The notes below the pieces were generated by a model. It saw only the letters and a list, made by a program, of their open reading frames with translations, was not told the DNA's origin and made no database searches. This document shows positions 12,721 to 23,100 of a stretch of DNA of 64,000 bases, piece by piece. Location of the stretch: assembly GCA_028534125.1 (NCBI GenBank), contig CM052817.1, forward strand, positions 8,186,001 through 8,250,000. Direction: 5' to 3'. The position numbers and the translations under genes were made by a program. The number at the start of each line of letters is the position of its first letter. The stretch's first letter is position 1. The stretch is from Lama glama. Lineage: Eukaryota.

Positions 12721-13243
12721 ATAAAAATAACCGTGTAGGGGATTAAGACCTCTTTCTCCATTCTTGGAATAAGGACTCAACATAATTCCACATTTTGTTT
12801 GAGAATAGCATGATCGCTCTGGAGTTGGCAGCCCCTAGGGCTGCGTGGACTGAGGGCTGGCTCCTGGGTGACAAGCCGCACGAATGTGACTCCCTGCTCT
12901 GCCACCACACTGAGGCTGCCTGTCTGGAGGCAACACAGTTGAGTACTTAACACAGAACTTGTCCTGCGGTACAAACCACAGGGACAATACACCTTGTATT
13001 TACATTGGATAAATCCGTTGTGAGGTTACCGGCAAAGTTCTGGTAGCTATTTAAGTACAAAGCACCAAGTACAAGCTACATGCCTTGAATGAGCCACTGG
13101 ACCTCTCCATGAGCCACTTTCCTCACCTGCGGATGTGATGCCGTCAACACTCACTTTACCAGATCATATGAATTAAATGAGAGAACATTTGCTAGGTAAT
13201 CGTAATTAATATTAAAATTCCTCCTATGAAATTCATAACTTAC

Positions 13244-13301
13244 CTTCCTTGTTACAAGACATGCTATGAATTTCATTTGTTCTTGAGCCTGAATTTTCGA
13301 C
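13244..13301 (-). CDS. BOD1L1: BOD1L1 exon 14 (58 nt): VENSGSRTNEIHSMSCNKE
   Basis: TATAG acceptor, G|GTAAGT donor. Confidence 0.9.
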
Positions 13302-14755
13302 CTATACATACAATAGAAAAGGTTACTTACAGATAATTTCACAAAAATCTCAAAGGTTGAAAAAAAAAAATAAGGAAGGTAATTTACATAACCTAGCCAT
13401 TCGTGGGAATGCTAAAAGGAACTAGAATATATGTTCTTTTAAATTTTACCCAGAAGCTCAAGAGCACAGGGTATTTTCTTTCTGAAGAAGTTTCAGTTTA
13501 ACAGGTTAACATCACACTGTTTATTCCTGTCTTTAAAATGGTTATGGCAAAAAAGCAAGAAATAGGAGAGAAAAAGTTTTGGAATTGCATGAATTCTCTT
13601 CCCATCTAATGGCCTCTCATGATTTTCTTTTCTCTTTACTTAAAAATATTGAAGGATTCTGTCATTCTGTTATAAGGCTTCCCTTTGGCAAATCTCACCA
13701 ATTATACTTTTTTTTTTTTAAACTGAGGGGAAGTCTCAGAATATCCTACAACATTCTAATTCCTAATTACAGAATTTCATATTTGGAAAGGATGGTTATA
13801 CTTAGACGAGGAAGAGGCAGCTGCTGGGGGACTCAGGGAAACAAGGTAGGACCAGCACATGCTGGGGGAGTTCACAACACTTCGCTGGCTCTGGAGGTTT
13901 CAGCCACATTTAGAATTCTTTTAACTTCGGGGTGGGGGGTAAACCTGGACAGAATCAGGGGGAGCTTTTCTCTTCCTTTTACTCAGCAGACTGTGTGTGT
14001 TTCTAGATGCAAACTGGGATGTTTCAACAGGGTGGGGTAAACCCTCTGATGCTGTAGGTGTCTGCTAGCAAGCAGAGCTCTTCTGAGTCCTCTGGGGCAC
14101 TGAGAGACTGTGGTGGCTGCCTGCGATTTGCAAGCACTTTACAAAATGCTCATTCCTCTATGCATTAAGAAAAACAAACAAAAAACCACAATAAAACCTT
14201 TCAAGCACGAAAGGGATTGTGAGAACCACAGCTGGGAAAAAATTTGTATATATGGCAATTATAGTTCAGTCTGTTCAAAAAAGCTTTCTAAAAACATAAA
14301 TGAACTTTAGTTCTTAAAATCAGTTTGGCCTATAGTACCAGGATAATTTAAAACATGGTCCAATTTGCAATTCCATTATAGTAATAAAAAAAATAGAAAG
14401 TTTCTAGTTCTTTGAAGGGTTTCATTAGGATTACCAGGGGAATTGCCTGGTCTGAGGGGTCTGGGCCTCCTTCTGTTTCCTAGTTCTGGCTCATGACATT
14501 GGCCTAAAGAGCCACTAGAACACAGTGCTGCTGAATTCAGGCGGACCCCTTTTTTCTGACATCAGTGGATATAGCTGAACATGGAACTGGACGTGTCAGC
14601 AGGCTGAACCCGAATGAAGAGCACGTTTCAAGGGTCTCCTGTCCCCTAAAGAAATGTGCAGTGAGCCCCTCCCCTAAATGTAACCACTCTCAAAACACCA
14701 AGCCCAAATAACCCCAACCGATAACAACAAAACCCAAGCCATGTTGGTGACTTAC

Positions 14756-14799
14756 GTTTAGTGATTCAATTGCCAACGAAGGCGCCCTCTGAACTTCAG
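14756..14799 (-). CDS. BOD1L1: BOD1L1 exon 13 (44 nt): AEVQRAPSLAIESLN
   Basis: AACAG acceptor, AAC|GTAAGT donor. Confidence 0.9.
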
Positions 14800-16242
14800 C
14801 TGTTCAAAAACGAGAAATAAGGAAACTGAATATTGTTTCTGAGCCACAGAAAACTAATTTAGAGACTTCTGGGGTAGTTAAGTAGGACTGTGTCACTAAG
14901 TGGCCTAGCTGCCTTTGTGGATTATAAAATTCTGACCAATTATTTTCTCCAGTCTGTGTGCTGTCACACTACAGGAAAACAACAAAAACAATGTTGCCTG
15001 CATTTTTACAATAATGGCAGTGATCCATTAAATCACTACAGTGACTTAACCATGTTGGTGATCTGAAGCTTCAAAGGAAGGTGGAAGGGAGCCTTTGCAG
15101 TTAACTGTTATGCCACAGTGTAACACTGGTTCATTTAAAAATAATGCCATCAAATGAAAAGTTAGGTCCTATCCCCTCAAACAGCAATGGTCTATTTATA
15201 TTCTTTGGAAACTTGAAGTACAAGGTCTACTGTTTCTACTCAACAATGACAGAACACACATTTTTCTTTTAAACAACTTCCTTTTACGTAAGTAGATCTC
15301 CTATTGAACTGCACCTAAACACAGTAAAGTAATCTGAAATATTACTAGGGGAACAAAGGACTTCAGAATCTAAAAACGTTCCCTTCTTGACATAACAAAT
15401 GGGATGTTAATTATCTGTACTGTAACACACACATACAAATTTTAACTAATGCATCTGTTCAAGTTTTGGGTAGATCAGTCATCGTTAGGGCTTTAGCATG
15501 TCAGCATGAATGACTTACCCAGTCTCGGGGTGGTCTTCCAGGACTGTCTGATACTTCTGTTTATAAGGCTCTTGAGGTCGCATACCTTGAAGGCTGCCCT
15601 TTCAGATGGTTTTGCCTTGGAAGGTGCCCACCCTGACTGCCCCAGATAGTCCTGAGTGAGGATTTAGACACACTGCTCCTTACACGCTGCCCTTCCCTTT
15701 GCCTTGTCCATCAATACACACCTATTCATCCTTCAATATTTGGCTCCAAATTAGGGGAGTGGCAAGTGCTCATGAAAATTCAAAAGTTATATATGCTTGG
15801 ACCTCTCAGTTCACTTTTAAGAAAATACCTGGGCAAATACATGGTTACATGCATATGAAAGTTCATATTTATAATAGTACAAACTACAAAAACTAGAGAC
15901 CACTAAAAGGTCTAAAAACAAGTGAGAAAGTACATTACAGATGACTAATAAAACAAATAAAGTGGATCTGCACACAATGACAATGAAGAATGCCCACAAA
16001 ATATGGCTAAGTTAAAAAAATTACAGAACAATATAATATATTCAGGTTCCTAAACTGAATCAGAGTAAGTCTGTCTCAGGGTTTCTGCCATGAATGACAG
16101 CACAAAGATATTTTTCCAGAGGCCAAGAATGAGAAAGCAACTACCTCCATCTGGGGCTAAGGGAGAAGATAAGAAATTGGACTTTGCAAGATGCATCTTT
16201 GCTCCTGATTCACGCTTTGCCTGAACTCTTCAGGTTTTTTAA

Positions 16243-16382
16243 TGCTATGGACTGGATGTTTATGTCCCCCCCAAAACTGAATATATTGCACCCCTCCCCC
16301 CATACATTGAAACCCTAATCCCCAGTGTGATGGTATTGAAATTAGGGCCTTTGGGGGTAATCAGATTTAGACGAGGTCATGT
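16243..16382 (+). mobile_element. MLT1 (MaLR) LTR 5' fragment
   Basis: TGCTATGGACTG..TGTCCCCCCAAAA...GAAACCCTAATCCCCAGTGTGATGGTATT. Confidence 0.75.
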
Positions 16383-16980
16383 GTAAAGCAGAAAATAATC
16401 CTGAGACCAAAGTGTTTGAGAACTGCTGCCCTAATCCTGTCTGATACTAGGATCTCCCCTAAAAACTCTTCAGTGGATGCTGAAGGCTACGGCAGAGAGA
16501 GACTGAGAAGAGGCTATGCAAGCTGCGAATAGCTTCAGTGACTCAGCCACAGCCAGAGTCCAAGGGCCAAGAGTATGAGGTTAAAAGAAGCAGGCACACA
16601 GGCTGCAGATTGGCCTTTGGAAATGAGCTGTGATAGCCTCTGGAAGGGCAGGAAGGGCCACAGAGACACAGTTTTGGGACAGAACAAGGGTCTGCTTCAG
16701 AGTAAATTTTTTGGGCCACAATTATTTGGAGAGATCCGATTTAAACAATTACCTTTCATAATACTGACTGACACAATACTGATTTGACACTTCATGAGAA
16801 AAAGTATACGTTAAAAATGAAAATAGTACAGAGTTTTCTCTACTCTATGTTAAAAAGCGAGAGGTAAATTCATATAGCCTGTCAGTGTTTTATGAATTAG
16901 CGATCAATCTTAAGCTGCAATAAAAGGTAAAACCACATGCAAGGAAAAAATTATGTGAATAACTGCCAAAAGGAATTTAC

Positions 16981-17065
16981 CTATTCCACTCAGCTTTCTC
17001 CCACTTGGACTTTCTGGTGGTGCTAGAATTTCATGATTTTTCTCTTCCTCTGATGGCGCAAATAT
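16981..17065 (-). CDS. BOD1L1: BOD1L1 exon 12 (85 nt): IFAPSEEEKNHEILAPPESPSGRKLSGI
   Basis: TTTCAG acceptor, G|GTAAAT donor. Confidence 0.92.
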
Positions 17066-18236
17066 CTGAAAAGTCCAAAGCATCATAACCAGTAAGTTAA
17101 CTGAGGTTTTTAAAACAAGACGACCAATCTTGAGTGCGTTAAACAAAATACGCAGCATCCTGTGACAATATAAAGGTCTACTTTCAAGTCTGTGAAATTT
17201 AAACATGAATATATGTCAACCTTTAAAAACAAACAAACAAACAAACAAAAGAAAATCAAACTAATCTCATATTTCATCCATCAGTGACTCTTCTATTGCT
17301 TTAAAGTAAACTCCAGCTGAGTCCAGCACACAAGGCCCTTCCTGGTCCGGCCCCACTCCTCCCCGGGCTTGTCTCTCCACAGCTCACCCTGAACCACTGC
17401 AGTACCCGGGACTCACTATCTCCTCTGCCCTTTCTATGTCTAGCCCACTGTTCTTGCCTGGAAGACGCTTTTTTCTGTCTCCTCTGGTACACTTCCACTC
17501 TACTTGCAAAATTCCACTCAAATGTCCTCCTTGCAAGCCCTCCCGCCTGCTGCCCACTGCTCCTGCTGGCAAGTCGAGCCTCCCGTGCACTGCTGTTCAC
17601 AGCCCCCACAACTGCCATCTTGTCTCGCATACTCGGAGGGTGCCCTGAGATCAGGCTGGAAAGGAGGCATGGAGACTAAGCTGTGTAAGGCACATAGGCT
17701 GTGATAAAAAACCCAAACCAAAGAAACTGCTAGATTTTACTCTAAGTATGAGGGGAAATCACTGGAAAGTTCAAGCAGAGCAATGACATGACCTAGTTTA
17801 TGTTTTTCAAGATAACCCTCAGGGCTGTGTGGGGTCTGGAGGAGGGGTTGGAGAGGAAGGAAGTCCAAGAGAGAAACCACTGAAGTGGTGGCTTAGACAA
17901 GGGTGGCAGCTGGAGAAACAGAAATAGATGGATTCAAGCTCTATTTCCAAAGTGGAAACAATGAGAATTGGCTGTGGACTAAATGTGGGGTTACAGGGAG
18001 AAACCAGGGTGACTCCTGGGGTTCTGGCTGAGTAGATGGAACCAACGATGGCACTATTACCTGAGATTCTGAGGGTCTTAGCTCTTCTCCCCCAGGAGGT
18101 GACAGTAACAATACTTAAACATCTTAAGCACAACGAGAACAGGGGCTATGTTCTGCTCAAGTGTACAGGTGTCTGCGTATGGGGACAAGGTACTTACACC
18201 ACTGACAGCTCAGCACAACCGAATCATCAGCCATAC

Positions 18237-18301
18237 CTCCGTTTCCAAGTTGGCTTTTGGTCCCAGTCCTCCCAAGTCACTCGATGGAGACTCTTCACTG
18301 C
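18237..18301 (-). CDS. BOD1L1: BOD1L1 exon 11 (65 nt): GSEESPSSDLGGLGPKANLETE
   Basis: ATTAG acceptor, GAG|GTATGG donor; phase 1 to 0. Confidence 0.9.
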
Positions 18302-20174
18302 CTAATGAAATTCAAACCATTAGATCAATTTAAGACTCTGTGAGCAAAATACATCCTGAATCAAAAGGTAACAGAAAGTTGTATCTAGCATGCCATTCCC
18401 TCTTCCTCTGCTCTCAGTAGAAAACAATAAAAAGGAGTATCTATGAAAATTCTCAGATGAAAGGCAAGGGGTCATTGACTCTTTTTTGGGGGGGGTTGGG
18501 GATAAAAATGCTTCTTGTTCTTAAGATGGCCACCCAGAAAGAATGATACAATATTATTTGTGAAGTCATCTTATTTCCAAGTGCTTTTCTACAGTGATTT
18601 GCATTAAGTTTGTCCCTAAAAGAAAGTATTCTCTGCCACTGAGATATATTCTCAGTAAAGGTGATTTGTGAACAGACTCGCTTTACATGCATCATGCTGA
18701 TACAGCAAAGCTGAACATACTGTTGAAAAACTGTGAAGTTGATAAAAAGAGAATGGCATTTTCTCCGGTGGAGACTCAAATCTATCCCGTCCTGGCCCTC
18801 TCTTTCCTTCTCTCCTCAGTCCTGCGACTCACAGCTTCTAGCTTCCTTTACCTGCCCACATGCAAGCCTCAAAGAAAAGCCTTCCTTCCTCTAAGAGGCT
18901 GCAGGCTTTCCCTTGCTGAAAGCCCTTCTAGTTCTGCTTCTTCAGGGGGAAGAAAGTGGGGGAGGGAGGGAGGGCGTAGCAATAAAGTAGCAGTAGCAAT
19001 GGTTGAGTCACAAAAACTTCCAGAGCATCCAATTTATCTCAGGCTAAATTCAATGGAAATTTTTAAAGTTACTTATTTCAACTGTTGGAACATTTCTTAA
19101 TGTCTCCTATAACCAAGAGGACTAAATCTACTGGTCTCAGCCTCTGGAGGCTGCATTTAGATGATGTCTAAGACCCATTCCAGTTTAGAAGTCCAGGATA
19201 CTACAATTTATAAAATTAGAGTGGAAAAGAAGTCAACACTCCTGACCGCTTCAAGCCCAGCCCATGTGACCCCTGAGTTCTCACAGCATCCTCTGGTTAA
19301 CCCTATTCTAAGCGCCTGTCACATTGCAGTGTCACTGATTACGTACAAAACATTGCAGAATTCACAGCTGTCTTCCCATCTGGACTATTGTTTTTGAATC
19401 CACAGTGGTACCTGGTGTAACATGTCTGAAGTGGGAGGGCATGAATGACCGAGCTCAGAGCTTGTATGTTTGAAAGTTATCAACTACTTCTAATAAGACC
19501 AGCACTCTCTGAAATCTACCAGGAGGAAACACGTTTCTTTTCTTTTTTCAAACAAATTCTAAACCAGAAACTAACTTATTTATGTGAACAATAAATTACA
19601 ATTTAAAAAAAGAAGTGCTCCCTTGATTAGAAGCAGACAGCCAGCATGCACTGACACGTACTTTGAATCTGTAAGTCAGATGGAGGTTGGACTGATGCTT
19701 GTTTTTGTACTATTATCCCCCGGTTATACAAGGCTCAGAGCTAACCTTTCTTAAGTAGCATCTGAGTACTATGCAAGTTATTTAAACTCTCTGAACCTTT
19801 TTTCCTCATCTGAAAAAGGAGGATGATTTAAAATAAATACGCATTTCACAGGGCTGCTGTAAAGTATCTTCACTTTGATTCATAAGAAACCTGAAGGTCA
19901 AAGAGGTTTAGTAACTTGCAACCATCCTGCGGATGACACTTGTCCAGCTGACGTCCTGGCTCTCAGCCTCCTGCCTCTACACTCATTGCACGTAAGTAAG
20001 TGGGTCTAACTTTAAGTTTTAAACACAATTTTAGAGAAGCTTGACCTTCAAGATGGATGAGAGTTATTCTGTGACATTCTAGAACCAAAACCATCTTTTA
20101 AAAGATGGTCTTAAATGTCCTCTACATACAATTATCTTTGTAAAATGTGAACACTTGCAGTTAGAGATTCTCAC

Positions 20175-23100
20175 CTATGTCATGCAAATTTTCTTCAGAT
20201 GAAACAGTGACTTCAAGGCCTCCTTTTTCCTGGAAGGACTTCTTCATGCTGTTACCATCTCCCGTGTGCTCAGGGGATGCCGGAACGGTCCCTTCGCCAC
20301 TGGGATCACTCTTGAAAGTCAAGTCCTGTTCACACTTAGGAGCCGAGAGAGCTTCGTCGTAGGTAGCTGTAAGGACTGCCGTGTGGGAAGGAGCAATTTC
20401 GGATTCTTGGCCATTAATACATTCGGTGGTGGGGGTTGTCAAGTTGCCCTCAGGCCCCCGCTGGTCAGGAGGAAGAGAGGACGTGTCATCAGCTTTTCCA
20501 GCACCGGTATTTACTGCATGGCGAACACTGACGGGGGAGTCCTCGGCGGCCTGCTCTGGTCCTCGCAGGTCGACAGGCAGGTCTGCACTCCTCTCCAAGC
20601 CCCTCCCTGCTGAACAGCTTGCCGGAGTACTGTCCCCTGAGGTCCCTGCCTCGGGGTTTTCATGTTCTTTCTGAGCTTTGCCTGGACAGCAGGCCTCCCT
20701 TTCTTTGGTGCCAGGCCTCTCTTTCTCTGGTGCACATACAGCACCGGGAAAGCACATGCTGACTGACACCCTGTCGTGCTCTTCCCGGATGCCCACTGCC
20801 ACCACGGGGCCCGCTTCTTTTCCTCCTGTGGATGGCCTGGGACACTGACAGTGGTGCTCAGGCATGAGGCTGGGCCTAGGGACCTCATGCTTGTGCACCT
20901 TTGCGGCTGACAGGTCGTCTCTGCCTTCTGGGGGGCCTGCAGTCGGCTGAGCCTCTTCGTGCCTGTCAGGACCCGTGGCGGCCAGCACACATTCGGCCGT
21001 GCTGGTGGAGATGAGGGCAGCATCGCCCGGGTCCTCCACCCCCGCGAGAGCTGGCTGATCTTCGTCCCGGGGGGCGGCACCCATCATGACCGCTTCCCGT
21101 CCTTCAGAGGTGCTGGTGGAAATCATGGCGGCGTCACTCATCTCCTCCGCCGGCGTGACCGAGGGACAGACCTCCTCCCGAGGGATGGCACTGGACACCG
21201 GGCCCTCGCAGTCCTCCACGGAGCTCGTGGAGATGACGGCGCTCCCGTCCTTCTCTTCCAGGCCTGGCACGGCTGCCCCGGAGCCAGACGCCTCACACTC
21301 TTCTGCGATGCTGGTGGAAATGAGGGCGCATTCGTCCTTCTCCTCCTTGCTGGTTGAAGCCAGGGGACTTTCGACTTCTGTGGGTGCACTGGGCATGGGC
21401 ACTTCAAAGTCATCGGCACGCACCAGGCTCGGCCCTCTCGCTCTTTCTTCAACCGCTGGGGTGGGCGGCTGGCTTTCAGAGCGCTGGATGGTTGTCGCGC
21501 TGGAAATGGGCACTTCGAGCTCCTCCCCTATGCTTGTGGAAATCATGGCGCACTCGTCTTTCTCCTCACCTCTAGCAGCAGCGGGCTGGCTCTCATCTCC
21601 TGCAACAGCGCTGGGCATGGGGGCCTCGAATCCCTCCATGTTCACTCTGGTGCCGTCGGCTATTTGTTCGGTCCTCAGAACACGCGCGTGACCTTCCTGC
21701 ACGTCTACAGCCGTGCTTAACTGCGCGGTGTAACCATGTGTGGTACTGGTGGAAATCACCAAGCCTTTGCCTTCGCTTCCGCCCCTTGCTGAACAGGTCT
21801 GGTTGGCAAGGCTGTCGCTGGCTGTGGTGGCCATGAGGCCGTCGCAGTCTTCATTGTCCACAGAGGTGATGACACCCTCATCTTCTTTCTCGCTCGGCGA
21901 TGTGTGATGAGCTTCGTACTCTGGGACGGCCCCGGATACGAGTCCCTCATAACTGCCGCCGGCCAGGCCAGTGGAAATAGTGGTCTCATCAACCTTTTCC
22001 TTCCTGGTGAGCTGCCCGCCACTTTGACCTGAAGCTGCACTGGTCATGGGAACCTCACAACCTTCACGAACTAGTGCCGCTCCGCCCTGGCCTGCGGCTG
22101 CACTGGTCACGCTGCTTTCCACGATGCCTTTTGCACTGGAGCAGATCTCTGGATCTTTGCTTCCCTTCCCAGCACCGCTCACGCTGTCAATGTTACTTTC
22201 GGTTGCGTTTGGGGCGGCTGCTCCGGCCTCAGCTTCCACACGCCCCGCCGCGGTACCAACCCGACTGTCCCCCTCCTCTGCACTCTCGCACACTGCTGCC
22301 CCGTCGCCTTCCTCTTCCATCCCCGCGCACATCGACGTGTGCCCGACTTCATTTCCTCTGCCGGTGCTGGTCACCACGCCCTCCCCTTCCTCGTCCTCCT
22401 CCTTCGCGCCGGTGCTGGTCACAACGCCTTCATCGTCGCATGGGCCGGCAGCGACTACCGGGGCGTCAGCGACGTCTTTAGCTACCGTGCTGTCCATGGC
22501 ACTTTCTCCGCTTTCTTCTGATTCGGAACTTAGAGCAAAGCCTTCACTGCTCTCTTCCGAACCTGTGCAGCTTGCCGGCCCCTCTCCATCCTCTTCCGTG
22601 ATCCCGGTGCTGGTGACGGCGCTGTCACCTTCCAGCCCGTCGTTCACAGAACCGCCTCCCTCCTGGGCGGCACTGGCTCCTGCTGGTGCGTCATTGCCCA
22701 AGGGGACCACAGGGGCACCAGTGACCCCACGCTCTTCCTGTGGCCCCACGTCAGTTACCGAGCACAGGACAAAGCTGTCACTTGTCCTCTCTGCCCCCGT
22801 ACATGTCACAACCCCCTCAGTTTCTTTCTTGGGGCCCATTCTCGTCGTATTTCTCCGGAATCCATCTCCCTCTCCGCTGCCCAGGGACCCCTCTCTGATT
22901 TCTGTCCCAGCACTCGTCACCGCCCCGTCGCTTTCCCCCTCACTAATAAAAGCAACGGTCCCTTCCACCAGTTCTGAGTCTCTGCTTGAAGAGCCATCAC
23001 ACTTCCCTTCCAAGCCTGCACTGGTCACAGCGTCGTCCTTCTCTTCCGTCGCCCCACTGTTGACATTGTCTTCAGTCGTGCCGGCGGGAGTCGTCACCGG

